A stretch of 64,000 nt of DNA from Octopus vulgaris (lineage: Eukaryota), in NCBI GenBank assembly GCA_951406725.2, contig OX597830.1:39432001-39496000 (forward strand). Direction: 5' to 3'. Every line of letters starts with the position of its first letter. Position 1 is the stretch's first letter. Below the pieces are notes generated by a model. The model made no database searches and was not told the origin of the DNA. It saw only the letters and a program-made list of their open reading frames with translations. Shown here one piece after another: positions 37,853-51,939 of this stretch. The position numbers were made by a program, and so were the translations under genes.

Positions 37853-39084
37853 ATATATATATATATACAGACACACACACAGAAAAGTGATTAAATATTG
37901 ATTTGACTGGCCATGAAGCCTATATATTAGCTGTTGTAAACATAAAATAATCCATGGTCAATCTGATATTTGTTGTAACCAGTTTACAATTGAAGCCTTA
38001 CAAATATGTGATTAGAACTTCTTGAGGACTGACAACATGAAGGGTAAATAACCAGAGGAGGAGGAAACTTTTCTGGTGCTAACAGATCAAACTCACCTAT
38101 GGCTAGGTCAATGACATAGATGTCACTGACCTCTGTAAAGAAGTGAAGGGACTGTGTCACGATAATATACAAGTAATTAACATTAGAAGTATGAAGTTGT
38201 GGCTTCTACATAATACAGTGAGAACAATTCATGCTGCGAGTGAAAGGGTGAACACTTTGAAGTAAGAGTGTTCTTGCCATGCCACAAAACCTTAACATAG
38301 GAGCCAATTAAAGAGAGAGACAGACAGAGACAAAGACAGAGAGAAATAGAGACAGAGACCAAGTGAAACTACCCACTCTGCCATCTTGAAAAATAAGAAT
38401 ACAATGGAAAATGTGGTCTGGATATATATATTATGACTGAAAAAGAATGGATGGTCATGGTTGGGACTTTTTAAATCATATGAAGGTCTGACCATGGATC
38501 TGCACATGTGCGCAAAGTCCTGAGTAAAATTGTTTGAAGACAGAAAGTTGTGCATGCAGGCAAATATCTCCTCTCCACAATAGCAAGAGTTAACTAAGGG
38601 GAAGCAACTAAACTGGACCAATGCAGCTTGGCACTAGTGTCATCACAGTGACTGAGGTCAGAACTGAAAGAACCAGAAAAGATACCACAAGGTATCTTGC
38701 ACGGACCCACAAGTAGTTCTGCCAATCTACTGCTCTGGGTGGGCACATTCTCCTTAATGTTGAACGAACAGAAGGCAAAGTTGAGATTGGTAAGACTTGC
38801 AATCAGAGTGCAGGGAGTTTGAACGAATACTGCGAGAGTCTATTTAGGGCTGACATGGAGCAAAGCAACCACAATTACTTGAGGAAAGTAATATGACAGC
38901 CCACCTAATTCCAAAGCAATGTATTTCTTGCTTATGCTTTCCTTTCGTGCCACCCTTTCCTGCATGTGTATGTTTACTGTCTCCTTGTTTTAAAAATATG
39001 ACATCATCACATTCTGTGATATTTGTAAAGTGAATGTCACCATCATGTATGCAGTGTCATTCTTTTTCAAACAGAATACATGCA

Positions 39085-39104
39085 TGCATGTATGTATGTA
39101 TGTG

Positions 39105-39136
<32 letters not shown>

Positions 39137-39480
39137 TGTATGTATGTATGTATGTATGTGTGTATGTATGTGTGTATGTATGTGTGTATGTATGTGTGTA
39201 TGTATGTGTGTATGTATGTGTGTATGTATGTATGTGTGTATGTATGTGTGTATGTATGTATGTGTGTATGTATGTGTGTATGTATGTGTGTATGTATGTG
39301 TGTATGTATGTATGTGTGTATGTATGTGTGTATGTATGTGTGTATGTATGTGTGTATGTATGTGTGTATGTATGTGTGTATGTATGTATGTGTGTATGTA
39401 TGTGTGTATGTATGTATGTATGTATGTATGTGTGTATGTATGTGTGTTTGTGTGTGTGTATATGTGTGTGTGTATGTATA
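39085..39480. repeat. (TATG)n/(TGTGTATGTA)n compound microsatellite
   Basis: Direct reading; source of several spurious ORFs. Confidence 0.95.
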
Positions 39481-39496
39481 CTCTTTCACTTTTTTT

Positions 39497-39895
39497 ACTC
39501 TTTTATTTGTTTCAGTCATTTGACTGTAGCCATACTGGAGCACGCCTTTAGCTGAGCAAATCGGCCCCAGGACTTATTGTTTGGAAGCCTAGTACTTATT
39601 CTATCAGTCTTTTTTGCCGAACTGCTAAGTTACAGGGACGTAAACACACCAGCATAATTTGTCTAGCGATGTTGGGTCATGAGGGGAACAAACACAGACA
39701 CATAAACATATACACACACATACATATATATACAATGGGCTTCTTTCAATTTCCATTTACCAATCCACTCACAAGGCTTTGGTCGGCCCAAGGCTATAGT
39801 AGAAGACACTTGCCAAGGTGCCATGCAGTAGGATTGAACCCGGAACCATGTGGTTCGTAAGCAAGCTACTTACCAAACAGCCACTCCTGCACCCA
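39497..39895 (-). mobile_element. SINE family A
   Basis: Homologous to 1468-1930. Confidence 0.88.
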
Positions 39896-39938
39896 GTGTG
39901 TATATACGTATGTATGTATGTGTATGTGTGTATGTATG

Positions 39939-39987
<49 letters not shown>

Positions 39988-41199
39988 GTAAGTGTGTGTG
40001 TGTTTATTTCTCTTGGTTTTAACATACCGCAATAGTTTTAAATGAGTGTCACTATCACATAAACAGTGTTCTTTGTTTCAAATGAATTCTATGCAAACAT
40101 GTCTCACCATGGAGAAATATTACCTTACATGGAAGCATGTGAGGGTTGGCAACAGGAAAAGCAACCAGCTGTCTCAACAAATTGCATCTGATCCATGTGA
40201 GCATGGAAAAGTGGATGCTAAATGATGACAATGATGACGATGATGACAGTTATAACAATGACGATGATGCTGATGATAATGACAACGATGATAAGAACAA
40301 CAACAATGACAACGACGATGACTATATGAAATGAAAAACTAACAAGTTGGCAGAAACATGTTTTTTGTCATAGGTTTAATGCACCCGGCCATATTACTCT
40401 GAAGTGGAAGAACTGGGCATAGCTGTGACAAGAAGCCAAGATCACTTGCTCATTTCCCAACACAGCACATGCCAAAGTTGTTTACAATCAATGCCCTGGA
40501 TAACAGAGTATAACTATAACAAACATGATTTAGAAACAGGATCTGCTTTTTGTGATTTCTTTGGAAATGATTTGTTATCTGTTATTCTGACTCTAATAAA
40601 AGGAAATGGGTTATCTGCAAAGTTTAAAATCTTAATTAATTTTCATGAAAGAAAAAAAAAAAATTAATTTTTGAATTTAATAAAAATAAAAAACTTCTTT
40701 CTTTTTTTTTTTTCTTTTGCATTGGTAAACACCAGTTAATATAATGTCAAGTTAAAGAATATTAACTGAGGGAGATTATAGTAGTGTGAGGGTTATAGAG
40801 GTAGTAATATTAGTAGGGAAAATGGTGAAGAAGGAGATCAATAATGATGATGATGATGATGATAATAACAGTGTAGGAAATGATGAGAGTGTAATGATAT
40901 TGATAATTATATTTGTACAGGGTAACGTCAAAATTCAAGAATCAGTACTAACTTGGCACCCTTTTTTTTCTAAACCAGGATGACAGGCATAATATTTTGG
41001 TGCTCAACTGTCTCAGTCTCTATACTGTTTAAGAAGTTCTCTTCACACAACAATGTGGTTTTGGGTTCAATCCCACTGTAGGGTACCTTGGACAGATATA
41101 TTCTTTTATAGCATAAAGTTGACCAAAACCTCATGAGTGAAATTTAGTAAATGGAAACTATGTAGAAGCCTGTCGAAGGGATTGATCCTATTCTATGTT

Positions 41200-41900
41200 G
41201 GCAGATGTAAACTACCACCTGTTATAACACCAGCACCACCCTGGCCCTTGGATGATTTTAGTGAAGCCTACGCTATGGCAAATATTCTGTCAGGTCCCCA
41301 ATCTGAGAATAATCTCTCCCCCTCTTCTCATTAGCTTTGGAGGATCTATGATGGGCCACGAAAGCTGCATTTTCTCCTCTGATTTAGCCATTAAAAAAAT
41401 GACACTAAGATATTTAGGACGTTTATCATTTCCCCAGCTTTTATTTTGAATTTTTAGTTTAATATCTAACAAAATATTGAGTTACTTCTACTAGCTGTTT
41501 TTAGGAGGTCAAGTGACTAATAAAAACTTCCTTGATTAACAGGCATTAGTTTAGATGATTGAACAGCTCAAACCCATATTTATCAAAACCAATGTTTGAT
41601 GGAAGATTTGAAATAGAGAATTGTCAGTGGGACCCTCTACTCTACAAAAGCTGAAGATTGATGTTTTATGTTTCATGTAATATGCTAGTCCCAGCCAAAA
41701 AGCATCGAGGGCTTGAGGCTCCAATATTAGCTACAATGATATACTAAAAATTCATTATAGCATCCCCCATTCAAGTGTTTGTGGAGGAGCTTTCTCTTAG
41801 TGCAGATCCCAATTTGAACAAATTTGTCTAATTAGATTAAAACCAGGCATGATTCCAAATGAACTGAATCTTAGAGCATTATATGTCTTTACTTTGGGCA
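41200..41900 (-). mobile_element. Highly decayed L1/Tx1-like LINE RT relic (possible C-terminal piece at 43740-43980)
   Basis: Remnant motifs LEP, SAFVE (cf. SAYADD), KYLSVIF (cf. KYLGV). Confidence 0.35.
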
Positions 41901-42060
41901 CAGCACAGAGTAAAATGTTAAATATTAGCCTGAAAAATGTCATGAAATTTTATTTCAGCACTTCTCTTATTTACAGACTATAAAACTAAATACCACAAGC
42001 CATCTGTCTGACACTCTAACAATTCTCCGATTCCACAACACTGAAACCGCTAAACAACAT

Positions 42061-42287
42061 TAACCCTTTCGTTACTGTATTTATTTTGAGATGCTCTCTG
42101 TTTCTTTCAATTACTTTAAATATAACAAAGAATTTACTAAAATAACTTAGTTATCATTAAGCTAGTGATAGGAACATAAATTGTGACTAAGGTTTGGTGG
42201 AAGATTTTAATTCAAAACTTATGAAAACAAGACATTGGTACTCAGAGCCAGAGCCGGTTTCAGCCGGGTTGGTATCAAAAGGGTTAA
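42061..42287. mobile_element. piggyBac-type MITE
   Basis: TTAA-ccctttcg ... aaaaggg-TTAA. Confidence 0.8.
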
Positions 42288-43087
42288 GATAAATTTCCTT
42301 TCAAAAAAGTAATAATAACCCTTTCTATTATAGGCACAAGGCCTGAAATTTTGTGGGTGGGCTTTACTTGATTACATCTAACCCGGTCCTCAACTGGTAC
42401 TTATTTTACTGATACCCACCAAAAGTGTAGAAGGCAAAAGTCAGCCTTGGTAGAATTTAAACTCAGAATGTAAAGACAGAGGAAACACCATCTGGCATGC
42501 TAAAAATTCTGCCAGCTCACCATCTCAATAATCATCATCATCACCATCATCATCGATTAACGTCCGTTTTCCATGCTGGCATGGGCTGGACAGTTTGCCT
42601 GAGGTCTGGAGAGCCAGCAGCAAAGTTTCTACAGCTAAATGCCCTTCCTAACAGCAACAACTCTGAGAGTGTAGTGGATGCTATTTACGTGCCAGTCAGG
42701 CGGGCCTGGCATCTACCACATTCAAATGGTGTTTTTTACATGCCACTGGCACAAGAGCTAGTCAGTGAGTACTGGCATCGGTCACAATCGGTGCTTTTTA
42801 CGTGCCACTGGCACAGGAGCCAATGAGGTGGACCTGCCATCAACCACGTTCGGATGGTGCTTTTTATAACGATAATAATAATAATTCTTTCAACTGGAGG
42901 TACGAGGCCTGAAGTTTGTGGGGAGGGGACAAGTCGATTAGATTGACCCCAGTATGCAACTGGTACAACCTCAAAAGGATGAAAGGCAAAGTCAACCTTG
43001 GCAGATTTTGAACTCAGAACATGGTGGCAGACAAAATACTGCTAAGCATTTCGCCCAGTATGCTAACGATTCTGCCAGCTCACCACC

Positions 43088-43089
<2 letters not shown>

Positions 43090-43145
<56 letters not shown>

Positions 43146-43535
43146 CAGAAGAAGAAGAAGAATATTAATAATACAACAATGAGGAGGAGGACAAGGGGGA
43201 GGACGGGGAGGACAAGATGGAGGACGAGGAGGACAACATGGAGAAGGAGGACGACAACGAGGAGGACGAGGAAGGGGAGGAGGACAAGGAAGGGGAGGAG
43301 GATGACGACAACGAGGAGGAGGGAGAGAAGGACGAGGAGGACGAGGAGGATGAGGAAGAGGATGACGAGGAAGAGTATGACGAGAAAGGGGATGACGAGG
43401 AAGAGGATAACGAGGAAGAGGATAACGAAGAAGGGGATGACAAGGAAGAGGATGAAGGAAGAGGATGACAAGGAAGAGGATGACGAGGAGGGGGAGGAGG
43501 TCGATGACGACAACAATGAGGATGACGAGGATGTG
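43090..43535. repeat. (AAT)n followed by purine-rich (GAG/GAC/GAT)n
   Basis: Direct reading. Confidence 0.9.
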
Positions 43536-43584
43536 GATTGAAGGACAAATGAAAATTAGTATGATTTTTCTTTTTTAAAGAATT

Positions 43585-43630
<46 letters not shown>

Positions 43631-44346
43631 TAATTACATGGAAAACAACAGTGTACAAAAATGAAATGAGATATCCCGAAAGAGGAGAGCACCCTAGGGT
43701 CAATCAAAGGAACCCAGCAGATTAAGGATTACTTTGACTACTAAAGGAAAGTGTCCTTTCTTAGTTGTGATCTCTGGCTGACAAGTGTATGCTGAATGTA
43801 GACCCATCTCCCGAAGTTATCTCTGACAACTTTCACCCATATTCCAACAACTTCACAGGAGAGGAACACCTCCCTCTCCATTTCCATCTTCTTCTTTGAA
43901 TGGAACTTAAAGAATTTGATGAGGACTTGGCCAAAGGGGAAAATATCTGCCTTCAGTTCTTTCAATCTTGTTCACCATAGAATCACTTTCACATAATAAT
44001 AACATTAACAAACTGGTGTTCGAAATTCAAATGTAGTTCTAAGAGAAAACCTGATACAAAATTTGAAGATTTATAAATGAAAACATAAAACAAAACGAAA
44101 CAAAACAAAAGAAAAAGGCAGGTATTCAAAAATTGGTAATGATGAAGTTATCACCAGAAAAAAAAGAAATTGAAAAAAATGTTTTTTAAATCAGAAAAAT
44201 TATAATTAAAGGAATATCTGTAATAGCAGAGGAAAACCTTTGTTAAGGGAAATTAATTAAATTAACACTTCATTATAATCAAACATTATCTAATTAATCC
44301 TTTGCTGAAACTGCTTTACATATGTAATTAATGCCCATGTTAAAAG

Positions 44347-44378
<32 letters not shown>

Positions 44379-44480
44379 CCACCACCACCACTACCACCAA
44401 CTTCTTCCTGCTAACTTACTCACAGTACATTTTTGGCTTCATGAACAATGAAGAAATTCATTAATTCAATAATATCTTAC

Positions 44481-44577
44481 CTGCCAGGAATTATAGGAAC
44501 ATGGCACATTCCATAACCACGGACCACATCATTGCCAAAAGTGTCTAATCCATAGGCATGAACAACAATACGAGGCC
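44481..44577 (-). CDS. B9D1: B9D1 internal coding exon (97 nt)
   Basis: ttgttgtag|GGCCTCGT...CCTGGCAG|gtaaga; (W)[31 protein letters not shown](R); phase joins both neighbouring exons. Confidence 0.96.
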
Positions 44578-44618
44578 CTACAACAACAAAAGTAAATTTT
44601 ATTATTATTATTATTATA

Positions 44619-44651
<33 letters not shown>

Positions 44652-44653
44652 GT

Positions 44654-45188
44654 TGAGTGAGAGAGCAATACATACCATCAAAATGATACTGAGGTAAAAT
44701 ATATGAAGCCCTTCATGACTACCCATCTGATAAGAGCACACTAGGCACATGCATGACAAACATATGTGCACAATATGGTGATCTCATATCAAGATAAACA
44801 GCTCATGCTCCTGCAGCTGGGGCCCAGTTAGAATTTTCTTCAGGTCAAGTAGCCCATTTTGCTGAAAATGTCCCTGAATAAAGGTTGTTTAAGGATGTTG
44901 AATGAAACACTCATGTTTCCAGAAAGCCCAAGGAATTCCTCTCAACACATGGCTTTGATGCTCCCCCACTACTCCTGCTCATGATCAGAGATGCACATAT
45001 CATTGGCCACCAAGGGACATGCTCAAATGGTTAAATGAAACAAATGACAAGTAAATCTGTGCTACTGAGCAGAATATTTGCTGTAGCCCATCCTTTTTAA
45101 TACCAAAACAAAACATATACATGATAACACTTTCAATCAGTTAAGGTCAGAAGCCATGAGAGACACTGCCAGGTATTGCATCAGAGTG
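44654..45188 (-). mobile_element. About 550-bp non-coding interspersed repeat, copy 2
   Basis: gagtgagagagca...gcatcagag; (ATT)n on both sides. Confidence 0.75.
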
Positions 45189-45681
45189 TTATGATTATCA
45201 TCATTATTATTATTATTATTAAAGACAGTGAGCTGGTAGAATCATTAGCACGTCAGACAAAATGCTTAGCGGCATTGTGTCTGTCTTTATGTTCTGAGTT
45301 CAAATTCCACTGAGCTTAACTTTGCCTTTCATCCTTTCGGGGTTGATAATTTAAGTATCAGTGAAACACTGGGGTCAATGTAATCAACTATCCTCCTCCC
45401 CCAAATTTCAGGTCTTGTGCCTCTAGCAGAAAGGATTATTATTATTATTATTATCATTATTATTATTATTATTATTATTATTAATAATAATAATAATAAT
45501 GATAATATTATTATTATTGCTTAATTTCTCTGTTTGAAGAATTTGTAATAGGAAATTCCTTACATGCCTATCTAACATGTAAAACTCTGTAATTCCTATT
45601 AGCAAATGAAACATGTGTAATGGTGCATAAATAATACCAATAGATTTTCCAGCTTCCTGTTTTATTATATATATATTATAT

Positions 45682-45927
45682 ACTCTTTTACTTATTTCAG
45701 CCATTTAACTGTGGCCATGCTGGAGCACCACCTTTAGTCAAGCAAATCGACCTCAGGACTTATTCTTTGTAAGCCTAGTACTTATTCTATCGGTCTCTTT
45801 TGCCTAACCGCTAAGTTACAGGGATGTAAACACACCAGTTGACAAGCGATGTTGGAGGGACAAACACAGACACACAAACACATATACACACACAGACACA
45901 CAAACACATATATACACATATATATAC

Positions 45928-45989
<62 letters not shown>

Positions 45990-46100
45990 CAGGCTTCTTC
46001 CAATTTCCGTCTACCAAATCCACTCACAAGGCTTTGGTCGACCTGAGGCTATAGTAGAAGATACTTGCCCAAGGTGCCACACAGTGGGACTGAACCCGGA
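45682..46100 (-). mobile_element. SINE family A, 5'-truncated
   Basis: Homologous to 1468-1930. Confidence 0.85.
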
Positions 46101-46150
46101 GATAGTCAGATAGATAGATAGATACATACATACATACATACATACATACA

Positions 46151-46184
<34 letters not shown>

Positions 46185-46279
46185 CATACATACATACATA
46201 CATAAATACACATACATAAATGCATGCACACACACACACACTCATACATACATACATACATACATACATGTAAGTGTAT

Positions 46280-46700
46280 AAAATTTCAATATGCCTAAAT
46301 TCTTCCTTGAGAATTTCAAAGACAATTCTCAATCCATTGTGTCGCAGATAAAAAAAACAATCAATAATGCCACTTAAACTGCTTAGAATTATCCTATTTC
46401 CTTCAGACCTTCTGTGATCGGTCAACTGTATGAAGCTGCAGTTTGGTAACATAGTCCATATTTACCACAAAGTGTAGTACTACTAATTCCTAGATCTTGA
46501 ATATGTCTATCCTTATAGGTGACCTGTCAAAAGTCTTTAAAGAAATGCCTGAGTATCTCTCAAGTTGCACCTACTTATCAATAATATAACCACTTACATG
46601 CCATAAAATCTATAATGAAATAGCTAAGTTAATGTTGCCTTTCAGCTTACTTCTGTCCAATATTATAGTCATTTGGTATTACTGTGTCAATATGATTGTC
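46280..46700 (-). mobile_element. Possible Helitron/PIF1 helicase relic
   Basis: Frameshifted CK..IIDK..FFKTFDR..DLGISSTTLCGK resembles IIWDE..ALDRTLRD..PFGGK. Confidence 0.3.
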
Positions 46701-48192
46701 ATTTCTGTCTGGGAAAAATGATGTCTGGTTAAGTGTTTGCTAGCATGTGGCCCATGAATATGCGAAAATTCCACAGCGTTTTTACATTTCTAAAACAGTT
46801 GGAGATTCATAAGTACTAACAAGTTGAAAGTAACTGACCAAATCTATAGAAAGCAGTTTTTCTGTGCCATTGAGGTCAAATATATCTTTAAAAAATTGTA
46901 TTTATTCCATGGCTTAGTCAGTGGAGGAAGGGGTAACCTTTGACCTTTTTAAGGAGTTTCAAGGATAGTCACAGAGAGAGAGGATATTGTCTTCAGAATG
47001 GACTCTGCTCAAGGTACCTAATGGCTGGAGCTTAAACTATACACGAATTAAAACAGTTCCACTGACTGATTTCCATATAGTAAATGTCTACTAGAGTCCA
47101 CTCACAGGGCACTTATTTCTTTACTGCCCACAAGGGGCTACACACAGAGGGGACAAACAAGGACAGACAAACGGATTAAGTTGATTATATCGACCCCAGT
47201 GCGTAACTGGTACTTATTTAATTGACCCCAAAAGGATGAAAGGCAAAGTCGACCACGGCGGAATTTGAACTCAGAACATAGCGGTAGACAAAATACCTAT
47301 TTCTTTACCACCCACAAGGGGACAAACAAGGACAGACAAATGGATTAAGTCGATTATATCGACCCCAGTGCGTAACTGGTACTTAATTTATTGACGCTGA
47401 AAGGATGAAAGGCAAAGTCGACCTCGGCAGAATTTGAATGCAGAACGTAACGACAAACAAAATACTGCTAAGCATTTCGCCCGGCATGCTAACATTTCTG
47501 CCAGCTCACCGCCTCACAGGGCACTTGCCAACCTGAAACTATGATTGAAGACACTTATCCAAGATGCTAAAGAGTAAGACCAAACACAAAACATTAAAGA
47601 TGCAAAATGAATTTCTTGACTAAACAACCACGGCAACTGGATATTTTGATGAAACATACTACACTGAATCAAGAAATAGATTCACAAGCATTGCTTCTCA
47701 ATATGCCTCTATGGCACACACAAACAAGTCCGTAATGTCTTTGTACAACTGTTCTTAAACTGAATTGATTCATGTAAGCTAATGTTAGATTCTTTTGTTA
47801 TTCATGTAGAAGACAACCTAACTCATGGAGGAACTCTCAAGAAAGAACTTCCATGTGGTTGCTGTCTGCCACAAATCACATTCTATCATCTGTAATAACC
47901 CTGGAGCATTCAGGTTATTCCGCCAAATGTAATGCTTATTTATATACATTACTCTTACTCTTTACTCTTTTACTTGTTTCAGTCATTTGACTGTGGCCGT
48001 GCTGGAGCACCGCCTTCAGTCGAGCAAATCGACCCCGGGACTTATTCTTTGTAAGCCTAGTACTTTTTCTATCAGTCTCTTTTGCCGAACCGCTAAATTA
48101 TGGGGACGTAAACACACCAGCATCAGTTGTCAAACACAGACACACAAACATATACACACACATACATACATACATACATATATATATATATG

Positions 48193-48225
<33 letters not shown>

Positions 48226-49045
48226 TTAGGTTATAAAATGAGATAGGGGTTGAAAATTCAACCCACCATGGGATAATATATATCCAATATACTGCCAGAT
48301 AGGTACCCAACAAGATTAATACATAGATGTTAAAAATTGTCAAACAATCAGTTCATCTATTGTATTATATGGGTAAAGGTAATAATATTACCGTAAATTA
48401 ATACTACAAAATTAGAGAATGGAGAAACATACTTAAATCAATAAAACATCAACTATCCGATGATACCCAATCAATACTTTAATACACCATTACATATGAG
48501 TAAAGGCATTATACAAAATGAGATATACAGTAATAGTAAAAAGATAAAGAGATATAAGTAAAAAATTTCAAATATAATATGCAATTAAATCAAAACTGAC
48601 AGCTGTTTCGGCAGTGAGGGCAGTCATACCTCATTTAACCTATAAGCCATAAAGGCAGGTATAAATGAGGCATTAACAAGGATGCCCCACGGCCTCTTCA
48701 GAGAATTAAATTAAATTTGTTATAATTGTGAAAAATATTATATAACCATATACATATAAATATAAAAATATAAAAATGTAAAATATAAAAACTTATACAT
48801 CATAATGCTACACTTATATAATATAATACTCATTGGTACAATAAAGGAAGGTAAACAGAACAAAATAAAACAAAATATATATCAGTGTATATATTAATAT
48901 TAATAAGTACCGATATTATACATATTTGGCTAATAGTTTTAAAAAAAAAAAACTAACACATAGGGAGATGAAAAATAATAATTAAAACCATGGTTCAGTT
49001 CATAAAATTCTAAAGCTATAAAAGTTAATAAAAATTACTATTAAT

Positions 49046-49106
<61 letters not shown>

Positions 49107-49166
49107 GATACAGTTAAGTTTGCACCAAGTCCGAAAGGATGGACTTGGTGCAAACTTAACTGTATC

Positions 49167-49215
<49 letters not shown>

Positions 49216-49858
49216 AGTAATTTTTATTAACTTTTATAGCTTTAGAATTTTATGAACTGAACCATGGTTTTAATTATTATTTTTCATCTCCCTATGTGTT
49301 AGTTTTTTTTGTTTTTTTAAAACTATTAGCCAAATATGTATAATATCGGTACTTATTAATATTAATATATACACTGATATATATTTTGTTTTATTTTGTT
49401 CTGTTTACCTTCCTTTATTGTACCAATGAGTATTATATTATATAAGTGTAGCATTATGATGTATAAGTTTTTATATTTTACATTTTTATATTTTTATATT
49501 TATATGTACATGGTTATATAATATTTTTCACAATCATAACAAATTTAATTTAATTCTCTGAAGAGGCCGTGGGGCATCCTTGTTAATGCCTCATTTATAC
49601 CTGCCTTTATGGCTTATAGGTTAAATGAGGTATGACTGCCCTCACTGCCGAAACAGCTGTCAGTTTTGATTTAATTGCATATTATATTTGAAATTTTTTA
49701 CTTATATCTCTTTATCTTTTTACTATTACTGTATATCTCATTTTGTATAATGCCTTTACTCATATGTAATGGTGTATTAAAGTATTGATTGGGTATCATC
49801 GGATAGTTGATGTTTTATTGATTTAAGTATGTTTCTCCATTCTCTAATTTTGTAGTAT
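48226..49858. mobile_element. 1.6-kb fold-back PLE-derived insert in (TA)n
   Basis: Arms 48401-49132 and 49141-49858 are near-perfect reverse complements around an 8-nt loop; unpaired extension 48226-48400; (TA)n flanks; splits a SINE. Confidence 0.85.
49552..49667 (+). ncRNA. Type I hammerhead motif with long stem II (mirror copy about 48592-48707, minus)
   Basis: ct-CTGAAGA-ggc cgtggggca...cctcattta...taaatgagg...tgccctcac t gcc-GAA-ACAGCTGT-C-ag; palindromic stem III, GUC site; stem I is short or interrupted. Confidence 0.75.
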
Positions 49859-49899
49859 ATATATATATACATACATACATACATATATATATGTATATA

Positions 49900-49959
<60 letters not shown>

Positions 49960-51284
49960 TACGATAGGCTTCTTTCAGTTTCCGTCTACCAAATCCACTC
50001 ACAAGGCTTTGGTCGGCCTGAGACTATAGTAGAAGACACTTGCCCAAGGTGCCACGCAGTGGGACTGAACCCGGAACCATGTGGTTCGTAGATGCGATTG
50101 TATATTATTACAATGGCAGTACAGAGTAGGTGTGAGAAGAGAGATCTGGTCAGTTTAGATATAAAATAGTTTTAATATTTGGGTTGGATATAGCTGGTTT
50201 AAATACTGATGGGTTAAAAGAAGAAGGACATATTAGATAATATATACAGAAACAAACTGTCAGAAAAAACAGGCAGGATGGTCACTGTTAGAATGGGTGT
50301 GATCATAAGTCTGCTCACTAACAGCATCCTTGTGGTTGAACAACAATAACAACAATAAAGAACATATTTTCATAGTCTTTCATTCTGATTGTTAGGCCTA
50401 TTGTTTGCATTTTATTTTCTGTGGCTTCTTTAATTTTACCAAATCAAATTCAATTTCTTAGGAGGATTTTGCTGCTCCATTGTTGATCAATTTCCTACAT
50501 TCCTTCCACCATCTTCTCAATAAAAATACATACATGCTTCCAAAAATGGTAGCCATGTCTTCTTCAAATTACACACTACCATAATAATAATAAAAAAAAA
50601 CCTGCACATTAGATGATGTACTCCATAAATATTCCAAAAATAGAAAATAAAAAATAAAAAATTGAGATGGTCAGGGCCAGAATAATTTTGACCACAGGTC
50701 TTCTGGATCTTAACTGATTAGGGAGCTAAACAGCAGTGGTGACTACAAATACTAACTACAATCACTATCACTGCTACTACCACTACTAGAACCACCACCA
50801 CTGCCGCCACCTCATGCATAATAGATTCTTGCTTACTCTTCCTGTAACATTCAAGCAATGGATTTTATGAAGAATTTTTGTTAGGTCTAAAGCCTTGCAA
50901 CACTACAAGAAGAACATTAACAGTATCCATCTCACTAGTCACAGATGTCTACCATAGGCAAACACTCCCCAATGTTCCAATTGAATTCTTTGAAAAATCT
51001 CTGCATGAAATTTTAAATGAAAAAAAAATAGAAAAGCAATGTTCAGATGCTGCAAATATAATTTAGATAAAGTGAAAAAATTTTATGTAAAAACTTTTTA
51101 TATAATATAGAATTTTTAGGTAAAATACAATGAAAAGAAACCTGAAAGAAAGCATATAAAAACATATAAAGCAGCATAAAATTTAACAAAATATAATCAA
51201 TTGAAACTCAAAACTTTAATAACTTCTTTTTAAATTGAAAATTTACAAACTACAAATAAAAACATTTTCTATCTTTTCTTTTAT

Positions 51285-51692
51285 CTTTTACTTGCTTCAG
51301 TCATTTTTGAATGTGGTCATGCTGGGGCACCACATTGAAAGGTTTATTAGTCAGATAAAGCGATCCTGGACTTATTTTTTTAAAGCTTGGTACTTATTGT
51401 ATTGGGCTCTTTCATCAAACCGCTAAGTCACAGGGATGTAAACATACCAACACCAGCTGTCAAGCAATGGTGGGGGACAAACACAGACACAAAGGCACAC
51501 ACATACACACAGATATATACAAATACCTATGACAGGCTTCTTTCAGTTTCCATCTACCAAATCCACTCACGAGGCTTTGGTTGGCCCAAGGCTACAGTAG
51601 AAGATGCTTGCCCAAGTTGCCATGCAGTAGGACTGAACTCGGGACCATGTGATTGAGAGGTAAGTTTCTTAGCACACAGCCACATCTGTGCT
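51285..51692 (-). mobile_element. SINE family A
   Basis: Homologous to 1468-1930, CpG-decayed. Confidence 0.85.
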
Positions 51693-51939
51693 TAATGGCA
51701 AGGTTGCTAAACCCTAAAACATACAAACTATACACAAGTTTAGCCGGGAAATGCTTCAACCAGTCACAGACTCATGTTGTTTAACACACCTTAAGCAATG
51801 ATTACAGGTTGTTTCTTCACCAAATTATATGGCCAGTGGTTTGTTTGAAACACTTGAAATGCTATTTCAGCTTTCCTTTCCATTTCCAAGCAAAATATCT
51901 GAGATGTCGATGAGGCATTTCATCTGGAACTCTAGTTTA

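Larger units (their letters stand above)
47952..50092 (-). mobile_element. SINE family A split by the 48226-49858 fold-back insert
   Basis: 3' half at 47952-48225, 5' half at 49860-50092; the insertion is in the internal (TA)n. Confidence 0.85.

Noticed and set aside
39030-39555. 173-aa MCVYVC-type ORFs (also 58322-58901 and 14568-14990)
   Set aside because: Translations of TATG/CA/TA microsatellites.
42954-43626. Long Arg-rich, acidic and Ser-rich ORFs
   Set aside because: All frames come from (AAT)n and (GAG/GAC)n simple repeats plus a SINE; no splice or homology support.
49500-49540. Two T/C differences between the palindrome arms as fossil A-to-I edits
   Set aside because: Only two sites; ordinary transitions explain them equally well.
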